DNA from: Octopus vulgaris
Lineage: Eukaryota
Assembly (NCBI GenBank): GCA_951406725.2
Contig: OX597814.1
Span: forward strand, 82,026,001-82,090,000
DNA: 64,000 bases
Direction: 5' to 3'
The position numbers and the translations under genes were made by a program. The notes under the pieces are model-generated. The model was not told where the DNA came from. It did not search any database and saw nothing but the letters and a program-made list of their open reading frames with translations. Numbering within the stretch: position 1 is the first letter of the stretch; every line of letters begins with the position of its first letter. Below are positions 1-14,117 of the stretch, in pieces.

Positions 1-156
1 ATCAAGTGCGATTTATGTCTACTGGAAAAATATTTTATTTTATTCCAGGACAATAATTTTTTAAATAATTCTTTAAATCAAAGAAGCAAACTCTTGATTT
101 CCTGCAGACACACAGCTAAATTTAAAATGTCAACTAGCAATATCCCATATGGATAG
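1..156 (+). mobile_element. 3' end of Penelope-like element (Naiad-type) GIY-YIG endonuclease ORF
   Basis: Frame 1 reads IKCDLCLLEKYFILFQDNNFLNNSLNQRSKLLISCRHTAKFK...*, matching the C-terminal CxLCxxEK...LNxRSE...CRH motif of these PLEs. Confidence 0.8.
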
Positions 157-756
157 CGTATATATTTTATTCTTGGACTAGTTTTTAATCACACTGATGG
201 ATTTGTTTCGTATTATGCATGATTTATTCCGCATCGCAAAGTTTTTGTATATATTTCCACATATTTCTTAAGGAAAACCTTCGACTGTTATATACAAATA
301 TTATTTTCTTGTTTAGGATTCTGCTTTTATTCTATTTCATTTTATTGTATTTTATAAACCCATTTTAATCGTTTAATGTATAGATAATTCGATATTGGGT
401 GTTCTATTTTGCATGTCTTTTATCTAAGTTTTATTATTATGCAGTCAGCAATTTTTTAAAATAATGTTGTCATGACCTAGACATGTTTTTATGTGAATAT
501 TTGTATTGTTGGCATGCATATGTATTCGTATGTATGGGCCTATGTATATGTGTAAGTAAGCATGCATGTTTATATTTATGCACATACATACATGGATGTA
601 TATGTATGCATGTATTCACTTGAATTTGTCTGGATGTGTATTTACGTACTTATCTCTCTATATTTATATATGTGTTCATATATGCGTATTTACTACTAAT
701 CATACACTATATACACATGATACACTTTTATATCACTTTTATATACACATGTATAC

Positions 757-792
<36 letters not shown>

Positions 793-879
793 ACGATGAG
801 AAAATGGAGAAATAAATAACAATGAGAAAGAAAGTTGAAGGAAAAAACAGGAAAAAGAAAATATTCAATAATTCGATAG

Positions 880-2340
880 TCTTACATTTTAGTTAGGTTC
901 AAAGTTCGATAAATCAGTTGTAGGATAGATGAGAAGAGAGTTAGTTAGTTGAATCTAAGGTCTCATAATTAGTTACTAACATAGCTTACACGTATCCGTA
1001 GGTTTGGTTAGTTGACCGCCGGTGTAATCCGAGGGAGTTATCGCTACTGGAGATATCCGGTGTAGTTCTATGGACCTATGCGGCACTAATTTATAAGTTA
1101 GTCTGTATATTTTCAATGGAAGCCGTAATATAAGGGTAAAGTTTATATCTAGAATCTGTACGATATAGAGAATTGTCATTTGCTTTCATCTCTGCAGCCA
1201 CATAAATTATTAAATTTAACTGTGCGCATGTTGTGTTGAGGGGGTTATTATTTATCAGGTCGTTGTCCGTGTTATTTGAGGACGAGCTATTAGGGCTGAC
1301 ATTTATTATATCGTCGATTGGTTGCTATATTTTATGTTGTTATTTTTTCCTAGTTTCTATGATAGTAGCCAGGTTACTAGTTAAGCTATGACCAACTCTA
1401 ATTTTATTCTTAAAGATTTCAGAGTATTTGTTATTTAAGTTCAAGTGCTTGTCTATAAGTCTCATTATGGAATGTACTATGTTAGTTTTAAGCTGCATCG
1501 CGAAAGGCATTATTAACCAGATTTCATCACTATTTCTTTTTTTTTTTTTGTGTTATTATTTTTGGTGTAGAATCTGTCCTCAGTATTCTTGTAGAGTGTA
1601 AAGTTATGGTTATGATTATTATATATCTTTCTGTAGTTATTTTTATTATTATTACTATCAGTTTTATTGGGGTTATTTCTGTACAGTTTATTTAATTTAA
1701 ATAGCTTGGTATAATCATTCTTAACTGGGGTTATATTGGTTCTTTGGAGTGCGTTATTTTTATTCGTATTAATATTAAATTTTTTATTGTTAGTCATATT
1801 AGTATTTTTAATATTATTAATTTTCACATTGTTGGTATTACTTTTGTTATCATTTTTAATGTTGCTAATTATCTTAGTTTGAAACTTATCATTATTCCTA
1901 CTGTTTTTTGTTGTTGTTATTATTACTTTTAATTTTATTAATGTTGTTCATATTGTTGTTATGGTTGTTAGTGTCATTTGGAGTATAGTTACTGTTATGA
2001 TAATTGTCTTGGGCATTTATGTTATTCCTATTATTTATATAGTGTTCTAAGTCTAGATATTTAATTGTTTGCTTATAACCTGCTTTTTGTAATGCGCTAT
2101 TGTAGAATTCCTTATATTTATTAAAGATATCTTGGTTGGAAGAGAGGCGTGAAATTCTTTTACTCATGCTTTGTACCAGTCCTCTTTTAATAATGTTTGG
2201 ATGGTTACTCGGTGCGTTTATATATTTAAGGTTTGTATTTGGTTTTATGTAGGGTTCATGTAGTCCCGTGGCTAGGTAGCAGTTAGCGTCTAAGTAGTTC
2301 ATGGAATTATGTTCCTTTTCTATAGTAATATTTAGGCCAA
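880..2340 (-). pseudogene. Decayed Penelope-like (Naiad-type) RT thumb, linker and GIY-YIG remnant
   Basis: ORF 1898-2302 NYLD..EPYIKPNTNLKYINAPSNHP..KRISRLSSN..YNSALQKAGY; then IWLIMPFAMQLKTNI..LIDKHL (~1520-1345), CGCR (~1202-1191) and TCKLC (~990); stops and frameshifts. Confidence 0.85.
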
Positions 2341-2419
2341 ATTACTATCCAAGTATTTTAAATGTTATTAGCGAACCTACTTAACCTCCTATTACCTCCC
2401 TTCTTTAACCTTCCTACAT

Positions 2420-2945
2420 ACCAATTAGCTTACTTAACTCCAGACCACATTATAAACTAAATACAGAACTATATACTTATTCTACATACTACGCTAGCTT
2501 ACTATTTTCCTATAATTTAATTTGTTGAGAGCTAGACTACCAGCTTTTTTTTACACGCGATACAAGCACTGACCACTTTCCAGCAGCCACACCATCATCC
2601 AACACCTCCACACGCACACATCAAGGTCACCAGCCCCCTTCCACACGCACATACACGCTCTCACATACACACGCACGCACATCTTCGTTTTGGGAGCACC
2701 CCTACTTTATTATCTCCCCTTCTTCCTAGCTCTCCCGTGTGACCCCTCTGTCCGACATTCGCCATGATAGCCACTAAACCTTTTTTTTCTATCCCTGTTT
2801 ATTTCTGTGTTCCTGTCTATCGAAGAGCGTAGGCTTGAAACGTAAAAGACTTTCTCACTTTCCGAGCGTTAAACTAATGCATCTGTTTGTTGTATACATA
2901 CCCGTCTTCGTCTTTATTTATTTATTTATTTATTAAATTCTCACT
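2420..2945 (+). mobile_element. Non-coding PLE terminal-repeat-like element with degenerate hammerhead-like motif
   Basis: gtct-atCGAAGA-gcgtaggctt-GAAAC-gt-aaa-agac at ~2815-2850. Confidence 0.4.
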
Positions 2946-3256
2946 AAATACATAGTTACTCATTGAGACCCAAGAAAATATACACACACAATCATTCACA
3001 GTGAAAAATTCCATTCTGTATGTGTTTATAATGATACACTCGTACATATACACAATATGTTTGTGTGTATGAATTTATGTGTATGCATGTTTATATGTAA
3101 GTAGGGAGGTAGATAGGTAGGTATGTAGGTAGGTGCGTACGTAAATAGGTATGTATATATATGTATGTATATAGGTAGGTAAGAGCGAAATTACAGGCCG
3201 TATCCTGAAATTAGTGGTCATACTTTAGAATTCCATAACCTGAGGTAGCCGTAATC

Positions 3257-3308
<52 letters not shown>

Positions 3309-3523
3309 GAAGCTAGCTGGTTGCTATAGCATCACTTTTTCCACTCTACACACACTCGCACACACACGCACATCGGCAACATTCGTCTATTTCTTGAAAA
3401 TGGGGTCATTACTTCGAAATATTGAATACAAGGTAAGTCTACATTAATTCACATATATTTGTTTTCTTGTCAATTACCTTGCATTTACTTCGCATTGTTT
3501 TGACCTTATCCACGATCCTTTAT

Positions 3524-3592
<69 letters not shown>

Positions 3593-3980
3593 CGAGAGGG
3601 AGAGAGCGGAGGGTGAGAGAGATAGGGAGAGAGAGAAAGAAAAACAAAGACAGAAACACAGACACAGACAGACAGGTAGCTAGCTAGAAAATAGATAGAT
3701 ACACACTCAAGTATATAAATTTTAAGTATATAAGGCATACAAAAACATTTACAGATATCCACACATATTTAAACAAACAGACACTCGCACGCACAAAAAG
3801 TCACTCAACACACACATATACACGCACACACAAGCAGAAAGAAATGGTAAAAGCGAGAGGGTTTTCCACACGACAGATATCCGCAGGCAACAATTTGAAA
3901 ATTGCTAACGTTTGAAAGAGTTCCACATGAGTACTTAGCATGCTTGTCTGGAAGAAAGAATTCATATTATTTGATGTTAC

Positions 3981-3982
<2 letters not shown>

Positions 3983-4061
<79 letters not shown>

Positions 4062-4078
4062 CACACGCACACACACAC
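3983..4078. repeat. (CA)n microsatellite within a compound (TA)/(CA)/(TG) array spanning ~3260-4340
   Basis: Directly visible. Confidence 0.95.
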
Positions 4079-4201
4079 TTATGTGTGTGTGTATGTATGT
4101 ATGCATGTATGTATTGTGTATGTATATATATATATATATATATATATACTGAGCCGAGGCATGCTCCTTGAGATTACATACTCACATACACGTATACATA
4201 T

Positions 4202-4235
<34 letters not shown>

Positions 4236-4354
4236 GCATGTAAACATACACACATATATAGATGCATGCACGCATACACTTACATACACATGTATATGTG
4301 CCCATTTACACATCATTGTGTTCATGTACACATCTCTATACGCACATGCACTAC

Positions 4355-4605
4355 TATGTTAGTAGAATGGTCCAATAGTATAGAAGTCGTTGACTGGTTT
4401 AAAGTTATCAGGAATAAGAATAAAGCGAGTCTTTACACAATTTGATACTGTAGATTTCTATGTTCCTATCTCTAAGGAACTGCTAGATAAAGCCCTCCTC
4501 ACCTTCGCAAGCGAATTTATAGAGATTAGTATACAAGATAAGGACATAATCTTCCATGCTAGAAAGACTTTACTCTTCAGCGAGTAAAGACTTTACTCTT
4601 CAGCA
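4355..4605 (+). pseudogene. Penelope-like (Naiad-type) RT fragment
   Basis: EWSNSIEVVDWFK.. / FTQFDTVDFYVPISKELLDKAL..IIFHARKTLLF resembles PLE RT FDIxxFYPSI..HARKSLLF; ~23-bp tandem duplication at the end. Confidence 0.75.
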
Positions 4606-4935
4606 ATTTTTGTTTGGTTCCCAAAGCATCAAGTGCCGAAAATGAACTTTCTTATCTTCCATTTTAAAAGGTTACAGAATTAACACAGGTTATAGGAACA
4701 TAAACCTTCTTCCACGAAAAGATAGGATGTGTAACCATCTAGATTAGATCTTTTCTAGACACAACCTTCTGCTAGTTGCATATTTCTGGTTCGGGAATAA
4801 AGATTTTATTCGGGTTTACTCTAAGAGAGAGGGAAAAATGGGAGGAAACTATCATCGTTTATCGACCAAAATACTAATACTCAGTTTCATACCTTTAACG
4901 ATAAGACAGAGAATTTATACACACAGAGACACACA

Positions 4936-5065
<130 letters not shown>

Positions 5066-6337
5066 AGCATGCCTCATCCTATGTCGTTCATTGGTTCCAT
5101 GAGACGACTTAAGTCGAATTAACCTGTCTCTAGGCTAAACTGATAATAACCATTCCCAGTTCTGCACTTAAATCTCATGAACCATCCCTGACTTGCCTTG
5201 AACTCTACATCTTTCCCATCTGGATATTTTTATTCAAAGAAAGACAACGCTCTCTTGAATGATTTGTTGACTAATAGTAGCACGCTGACGATTCCACCTA
5301 ACAACCCAAACAGAAAGGAGACTTTCCGTTTCTTCAAAGGTTTTACATCTTTTGTTATTGAGGACAGTGCTCTTTATTCCTGGGTCTTCAGATTTGATAT
5401 GTGCTTAAATCTTGTTCATATTATGTACAATCGTCGATACAATATATAAATGGAAAAGAAGAGAAGAAATTATAATGAAGGATATTCAGAGAGTGAAAAT
5501 AATGAAAATAATGAAGGATATTCAGAGAGTGAAAGCGTAAAAGGAAGTGTGGAGAAGATATTTTAACTATTCAACAGGTAATTACAAATCAACCTGGTGG
5601 AGAAATTCTCAATCATTTTCATTAACAGAGAAACTGATCATCTTCGAATTGCATAAAGAAGCCGAATATTATCGCAAGTGTTCGATGTGAATTGGAGAGA
5701 AAAAAATGCGCTGCCAGACAGCAACAAGAAATCAAAAGCAGAAAGAGAAACAATGCCAGAGAGAAAAAAATAACTAGAAAGAAGACAAAATGAAACACCA
5801 GAAGAAAACAGTGCAAAGTTTGAAGTAGAAACGTTAATAATTATCAAATAATACAGAAATATATCCCATCACTTTTGACAGGGCACTACGCCAATACATA
5901 CTTACACACACAACGCACAACACGCGCACACAGATGCATACATAAAAGCACATGAACCCACAAACACATATTCCCATTGGCTTAGAGGCATGGAATGGAA
6001 GAAGGTAAAATATGTAACACTTTTCCTCTTTTTCTTCCCCTGTTTTCTTTTGTGTGTATTATAGGTGTAAAGTATTGAAACATATAAAACAATTATTATA
6101 AGTGTTTCGACCGGATTAAACCAAATAAATAAATAAATATGACAGTCGACTTACATGTAGCTCAAAAATGACAGCTGGCATATCACTTCTTTAATTTTAT
6201 AGTTCTGTTTCTTTTTTTTTTTACACTGTCATACATACACATACACACACATATCTACCTACTTACATACATATATATATGTATGTAAGAATGTGTATAC
6301 AAATGTATATGTGTATACATATATATATATGTATGTA

Positions 6338-6383
<46 letters not shown>

Positions 6384-6384
<1 letters not shown>

Positions 6385-7676
6385 CAGGTCATCCCATATG
6401 TTCTGCCCGAATTTTGAATAAAGAAAACAAGTGATCAAATGTTATATTTAATTGAAATTTAATCATCAATGTACTTTCCCTGATTATCTATGACATCTTT
6501 CCACCTATTTACAAGCTTTTTAATCCCATCAATGTAAAACTATTTTTAGTTTCAAAGCGAACAACTCTGAAATGTCAGTTTCGACCTCCTTCTGACTTGC
6601 GAAAGTTATGTCCTCCAAATGATTCTGTAAACTACGAAACAAATAGTAGTCTGAAGGAGAAAGGTCAGGAGAATAAGGTGGACGAGGAATTTTTTCCCAA
6701 CAAAGCTCTTCGATCTTCTTCGATTTTTGCAGTGTGGGGTCGAGCATTGTCCGGATGAAACATCACTCCTTTTCGATTCACTAAAGCGGGTCATTTTTTC
6801 TTCAAACTTGGTTCAAACGCTCTAATTGCTAACAGTAGACCTGAGCATTGATTGTTGCATTAGGTGGTAACAATTCAAAGTGAATTACTCCTTTGCAATC
6901 CCACCAGATAGACAGAAGAACCTTTTTTCCACGAAGATCCCTTCTCGGTTGTGATTGAGCTTTTTCCCTTTTATCAAACCACTGTTTACGACGTTTAACA
7001 TTTCAATAGAAGATCCATTTTTCGTCATCAGTCACAAGTCTATCCAAAAAGGGTGAACTGAGTTCGCGAGAATGGAGGGAAGAGAGAAGAGAATGGAGAG
7101 AACCTGGATTTGCGGTTGCTTTCGGACAATTCATGAGGCACCTATTTTCCAAGTCTAGGAACCTTTCCAAGTTGTTGAAGATGAAGATGAACAGTTATAT
7201 GGTTTGAACTAAGCTTTATTGCCAATTCTTCAACTGATAATGCAGGATTTTCTTCAAGTAATGCCTCAAGGAGCTTATCATCAAACTCAACTGGACGTCC
7301 TGTTCGATCTTCATCTTCAAGGCTGAAATCTTCACTTCTGAACTTTGCAAACCATCTTCTGCAAGTTCTTTCATTCAAGCATTCTTTCCCATAAACTGAG
7401 TGTATGTTTCGAGTTGCTTCGGCTGCAGAGTTTCCTTTTTTTGTACTCGTAAAGCATCATGTGCCTTAAATGCTCTGTGGATACTTCCATATTAGAAAGG
7501 GTTTTAATCAAAGAAATTTTAATTCTATTATTCTATAAAATAATATTTAATTAGTTTAAATGTATACAAATGCATAAAAATAATTTTTAATTCCATTAGA
7601 CATTCTAAAATACTATTAAATTTCATTCAATTTTTTAAAAAAGGTAAAATCGGACAGAACTTATGGGATGACCTGA
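6384..7676 (-). mobile_element. Full-length mariner (DD34D) DNA transposon, inactivated
   Basis: TIRs tcaggtcatcccatatgttctgcccga (6384) and tcggacagaacttatgggatgacctga (to 7676), followed by TA. Confidence 0.92.
6459..7490 (-). pseudogene. Mariner transposase pseudogene
   Basis: WFAKFRSEDF (HTH), (W>*)VPHEL, VTDDEKWIF, HPDNARPH, YSPDLSPSDYYLF, GKYIDD*; frameshifts and stops. Confidence 0.9.
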
Positions 7677-7697
7677 TATATGCATGTACACATACAT

Positions 7698-7955
<258 letters not shown>

Positions 7956-9309
7956 TAATTTAAGCCACACGCATTTATTTATGATTTTATGTGTTGCTTT
8001 TCACGAACATGTATACTTACATACAGATACATACGCTCTCCTGGCAGTGCGCACCACAGAGAAAAATGAAGAAAAGGCTTATATTATAAACTTATATTAA
8101 AAACAAAGTATATAAAAATCGACTTTGTAAAATGGAATGATGCTGACTTTATAGTAATAAAGATACGAAAACGTATGAAAAAAAATGGAAAGATGTGGTA
8201 TGAAATAATCAAGGAAAGAAGAATTATTGGGAGTAAGATTGGTTTTGTTTTTCCTGTAAGATCTAATCTAGTTTTGGTTTATTTTAAATTTGTGCTTATT
8301 TGGTTGTGTCTATAGAGAGTGACAATACTATGTAAACTATTCAAACGAAAAATCTGCATATAATGCGTTTGTTAAACTAATAAATATTCTAAACTTTTGC
8401 GTCAATGACCAGGTCGCAGTTGGTGCAACGAAACTTTTTGTACCAAATAATAAACGTTTAAGTGAAGTTAGCAGCCTTTGTGTCTTTTGAATGACTAAAA
8501 TGTGTCTCCCACGTAGTAATTGTCTTACTTTCAACACACGGTTTCAGATCAAATCACTTGCCTGACAAGTACTACTCGTAAATTAATTTTTTTTAAATAT
8601 CATTAAAATTTCCATTCATACAATTCTGCAGTTCGCTTGGTTCGTGCTGGTGCTCGTAAATGGTTTCTGTGGCATGAGAACAAGTCAGAGACAAATCTTT
8701 GTTTCTTTCTTCTATACACACTTGGACAAGATAACATTAGGTAGCGACATGCCAGAGACTTTAGAATGTTGAATAGAATGGTCATGTGATAGTCATTCCG
8801 ATCATCTGCGTTCTTAATTTTATTCTCATCGCGATTTCATCCTCTCAGTGTCGATAAATAAACTATCAGCACCGGGGCTAATTCTTCTCTCTCTCTCCCT
8901 CCCTCCCCCCCCCTCTCTCTCACTGGAAGAAATCAGCTGCGTTCAAATCCAGAGAAAATAGGCTTCACCAACTTTAAAATATTTAAGCCACACCGTATGA
9001 AACTCTAGTGTCCCTATCCAGGAATTGAGGACTCAAAAAAGGAAAGATCCCATCTTATCACAAGTAAGACTTAACGTGACACTTAGTTGGATACCACCGT
9101 GGTCCTTTAACTATCTTCACTAGAATCTATTTTGTAGCAAGCATTTGGATCAGGCCTCCTGCCTGACTATAATATTTTTTTTCTGCTACTCACTTTTCTA
9201 TACTAATTTATCAATCTCGTGAAGTTAAAAAAAATGGTTCGTGAGCAACGCCAGTCCACTCTAACTGAGCTACAAAAGATATTTCTTAAATGTAGAATTA
9301 AGCTTAGTA

Positions 9310-9830
9310 CACCTTTACCTCGACTTACGACCTATGCAACTTACGACATATGCGACTTACGATCACGAAAAGTCGAACACTTTGCAAAGGTTGAACGTAT
9401 CATTCAAGATGTTGTGCTCTGTTATCGTAAGATGTATGACGAAAAAAAGAGAAAAAAAACTATTCAACCAAAGCTCACAATGTTCCTCGAAAAACCATCT
9501 ACCTCAACACAAGAACATGTCTTTGAAGGCTAAAAATTTATTTTCAATTGCACTTTTTCATAAGAACATTTTTTTATTGTATGAATGCGGAATTTCATTT
9601 ATATTAACTTTTAAATTAATTTTAGATTGTGTTTAGTACAATAGAGTATATATATTATGTATTTTTCATATTATATACAATATTTATGAAATAAATTTTT
9701 GTGTTTTATATTTTTATAACCCGTTTGAATGAAAATAGTGTTGACAAAAATACAAGTCCGATATACGACCAGATCGACTTATGACCTGTCAGCAGGAATG
9801 GAACTCGGTCGTAAGTCGAGGAGAAGGTTA
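9310..9830 (+). mobile_element. Tigger/pogo-like internally deleted element
   Basis: Imperfect TIRs (cctcgacttacgacc / ggtcgtaagtcgagg) with TA flanks; residual CYRKMYDEKKRKKTIQPKLTMFL resembles a Tigger transposase C-terminus. Confidence 0.7.
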
Positions 9831-10288
9831 TAAACTTTGATACTCAAAATGATGATTATTATGCTGCTGTGCAGTATAATTCACAGCTAAACGGACTGAG
9901 CTGTTGAGAAAAAGGGATTTTTGTTTATGTATACATCGCCCATGGTTAGAGACGAATTGTCTATTTCTTAGCTGGTTACGATAGGAGGAATGTCATATGT
10001 TTCGGTAGGACTGCTTAGAGAGGTATTTAATTCGGTAGTTCAGAGAAGGAGATGCCGTTATAACAGCGGTAGAATAAGCCGATTGCAGAGACATTGTTCA
10101 GATTCTGAGTTTGTATTTTGTTGGTGAATTAGTCTTTGCTTATCAGCTGGTCGTGGTCAGGGATGATTGTGTGCGTAGCTGCAGCACTGCCCTAGACGTC
10201 TGAGAAAGTGTTATTACGTTGTGGGTTTTAGCTGAGCTTTGTAGCAAGTCAGTAGCCGATCAAAATTAAAGTTATAGTTATTGTTGCT

Positions 10289-10486
10289 AAGGTGGAGAGC
10301 TGGTAGAATCGTTAGCTTAGCGGCGTTTCGTCCGTCTTCACGTTCTAAGTTCAAATTTGGCCGAGGTCGACTCTACCTTTCATCCTGTCGGGGTCGATAA
10401 AATAAGTACCAGTTAAACACTGGAGTCGTTGTAATCGACCTAGCTGCTCCCCCGAAATTGTTGGCCTTGTACCAAAATTTTAAACC
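10289..10486 (+). mobile_element. SINE family A copy, followed by (TTG)n
   Basis: gagctggtagaatcgttag...gttcaaat..ccgaggtcgac..ctttcatcctgtcggggtcgataaaataagtacc; recurs many times in the window. Confidence 0.8.
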
Positions 10487-10521
10487 ATTACTGTCGTTGT
10501 TGTTGCTGTTGTTGTTGTTGC

Positions 10522-10557
<36 letters not shown>

Positions 10558-11258
10558 AGTTGTTGTTGTTTTTGTTATTTAACATCAGGTCACCTCTGAT
10601 CGAACAGAACTATGTTCAGAGTTGTGACTAGCCAGTCAAAAAAAGCTGAAGATTGTATAAATCAATGTGACCTTTAATCGAACGGCAAGGTGCAATTTGG
10701 GAGGGATTTGGTGCCTATTTCTAGCCGGTCGGACGACGACGCAAGGACTCTCGTATTTTCTGGCCGTATAACTAATAAACATTCTCTGCAACTCCTGTAG
10801 GTATTCTTGTAGGTTTTGTAGATCTTACGTTAACTGTCGCTACTGTTGCTGTTGATACACTTGCTTCTGTGGACGTTATTATTGTTGATGCTGTTGTTAA
10901 TATAATAGTAGTAGGGTGGTGATGGTGGTGGTAGTATTAATTCTTAATTTCTTGGCATTCTTTGTTCGACGCAATATGAGGTATTCATATTTTGGATGAC
11001 TTTCTAGAGGCACCATACTGACGGAATTTTACCTCGACGGTGAAATGATGGCAGGGTGGGAGAATGGTGGTGAGGATGAAGAAAAATAATAAACTACAAT
11101 AAAATCAAAACGGAAAATAACTTTGTAAGTAGTAAAAGGTATAGAGAAACGATGCGTGTCGAGACAAAGGAAGATATAATAGCCATAGAGGGATGGCTTG
11201 AAGATAGCGGTAGAGAGAAAGAAGAGGAGAGAGAAGTGCTAATATGAAAAAGACAGCT

Positions 11259-11468
11259 TAAGACGGCAAGCTGGAAGAATCGTTAGCACACCGGGCAAAA
11301 TGCTTAGCGGCCTTTTGTCCGTCTTTACGTTCTGAGTTCAAATTTCGCCGAGGTTGACATTGTCTTTCATTCTTTCGGAATCGATAAAATAAGTACCAGT
11401 TGAGCAATGGGGTCGATGAAATCGACTTTCCTTTTCTCTCGAAATTGGCCTTGTGTAAACTTGAAGTC
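11259..11468 (+). mobile_element. SINE family A copy
   Basis: Homologous to 10289-10486. Confidence 0.8.
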
Positions 11469-11757
11469 AATATGAAAAAGAGAGATGTTAACGAAAAGAG
11501 AAGGTGAGAAATAATGGCCATCATGATTTACCTGGACAAGGAAAGAGAAGTGTTAGTATGGAGAGGAGAGGTAGATAGATTGACAGAGAGAGAGAGAGAA
11601 GGCGATACAAATATGGAGGATAGCGAAGAGATGGTGGTGTTGGTAGTGGTGATAATGGTGGTGATAGAGATGGTTGTAACGGCGGGGTGACAGTAATCGT
11701 GAAAAACTAATGTAATAAAAAGTAATCACGAGAGAGAGAGGGAGAGAGAAAGGGAGG

Positions 11758-11818
<61 letters not shown>

Positions 11819-12358
11819 TTTGAATGTAAACGAAAGTAGATGCAGATGATAAAGAGGTATGTAAATGGATATATGTGTGCGTACGTATGTAATGGCTGTG
11901 AGTGAGTGAGTGCGCATTTTGTGTATGTGCGTGAGTGTGTGTTTGGGTGAGTGCTTTTAGTTAAAAGAATTTGGAAAAAGAATGAAACAGCAAAGATATA
12001 AAGAGCGATGGGTTTGTTTAATATAAAAGAAAACAGAATGTTGAGGAGGAAAAGAAGAAGAAACACTGAAGAATTTGTGAATTGGTTAAATGGGAATTGT
12101 AGAACATTCAAGAATAAGTTTATTTCCTTTTGACTACACACCAGGTTCCACATGTACCAAGGGAGAGTAAATAGCTCGGCGTGCTTCATATATTTCTCAA
12201 TGGTACTTACTGCTGCGGGGCACCAGCAGCGCTACGCTTTCAACAGGGATTCGAAGACACATCTAGAACTTGGGCATCCGGATGCTAAACATTTGGACTC
12301 CGACGCCTGCAAGCTTAAAATGCCATCTCTGTTCTCTGTACCATATTAATACTATTAC

Positions 12359-12533
12359 AAGAAGCAGGCTGGCAGAATCATTAGCACGCCAGGCAAAATG
12401 CGTAGCGGCATTTCGTCCGCCGCTACGTTCTAACTTCAAATTCCGTCGCGGTCGACCTTGCTTTTCATCCTTTCGGGGCCGATGAAATAAGCACCGGTTA
12501 ATCACTGGGGTACAGTACCAAAATTTGAAACCT
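12359..12533 (+). mobile_element. SINE family A copy
   Basis: Homologous to the other family A copies. Confidence 0.8.
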
Positions 12534-12767
12534 ATGTTAATACTTTTAGGCAGCTTGTATTCCGTACATTAGCTTGACATGGGGTGTGATGCTCCGCATC
12601 ATACCGTACTGGATGTAAGAGTGGAGTGAGGGATCCACTACTGAGCTTCAATTTTGGTCATGTGTCGTGCTTTCAAGTGCATACATACATATATATGTTC
12701 ACTCACACATATATACATATATATATATATAAATACATTAAAAGGCCTCCAAATAAAGAAGCGAGTG

Positions 12768-12810
<43 letters not shown>

Positions 12811-12915
12811 CATTACCAAAAGCCTCCGAATAAAGAAGCGAGTGCTAGATACACAAAAAGGGGATAAATTCATGAAATGGAATGAAAATCAAAAACGTTT
12901 ACCATCTCAGCTAAT

Positions 12916-12989
12916 CCTGTACTGCAGTTTCATATTTTTTTTTAGCAAATGAATAAAATTTATCTGCCAAGGCCAGAATCGTCAGCAGG
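12916..12989 (-). ncRNA. Type I hammerhead ribozyme motif
   Basis: Minus strand: CCTG-CTGACGA-[long stem II]-GAAAC-TGCA-GTA-CAGG; stem I CCTG/CAGG; palindromic loop III. Confidence 0.7.
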
Positions 12990-13176
12990 AAGCCTTTGTA
13001 ATCCGAGTTGTACATACCGCTGGAAGCACGTGCAAATCCAACGATCTGTATATCCTAACTTTTCAGACCTATTTTTATTACCCTATTTACTATGTTTAAA
13101 TATTGCACGATAAATTTGCTCGTATTTGATTTAATACTAAATTGAATTTTTCCCTGTAAGTTTGGAGTTATACTCC

Positions 13177-13234
<58 letters not shown>

Positions 13235-13932
13235 ATCACTTAATATAAGTTTGCAAAGAGAAAGATTTATTTGAATATTTGCTGAGATGACGAGTGTTTG
13301 TTTGTTTCTTTGTGCGTGTGTGCGCACGCGCGTCCGTGTGTATGTGCATGTATGTGCGTATAAACATATAAATGACTAGAAATATTCCAAAGTAGAATTA
13401 AAACACCAAAGGAATTATTTATACGAATGAATACAAGAGATAAAGAATGGTGATGGAAATTCGCGCCACACACACAAACACACACACACACGCACATAAA
13501 GAAAAAATGTAGAGGAAGGAGATAGGCGTAGCCATTTATCTAATTTATTCATACTGGGCCATATAATGCTGGCTACATTTTGATCATCCATATTATATTA
13601 TATTATGCTTTATACCAACGTCAACTTATAATCATTCCAATATGTTTAAAGAAATAAACGAAACAATAGAAGGTATGTAGCACAAGGCTGCTGTCGGAAC
13701 CCCTGCTAGCTCTTAGTAATTTCTATGAGGATATCCCGCACCGATTATTATATGTGCAAGTATGTATGTATGTATGTATGTATGTATGTATGTATGTATG
13801 TATGTATGTATGTATGTATGTATGTACGTATGTATGCATGCATGTATGTATGTATATATGTTTCTTTGTGTTTATATATATATATATTATATATATATAT
13901 ATATATAGATATATATATATATATATATATAC

Positions 13933-13972
<40 letters not shown>

Positions 13973-13975
13973 TTT

Positions 13976-14024
<49 letters not shown>

Positions 14025-14074
14025 ATATATATATATAGATAGATATATACACATATATATATACATATATATAT

Positions 14075-14117
<43 letters not shown>

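Noticed and set aside
157-500. SECIS or hammerhead downstream of the PLE ORF end
   Set aside because: Only a partial ctgatgg motif; no convincing GAAA core or SECIS stem
8630-8742. Possible plus-strand coding exon (ctgcag..ag|gtagc)
   Set aside because: Weak splice sites and no recognisable peptide
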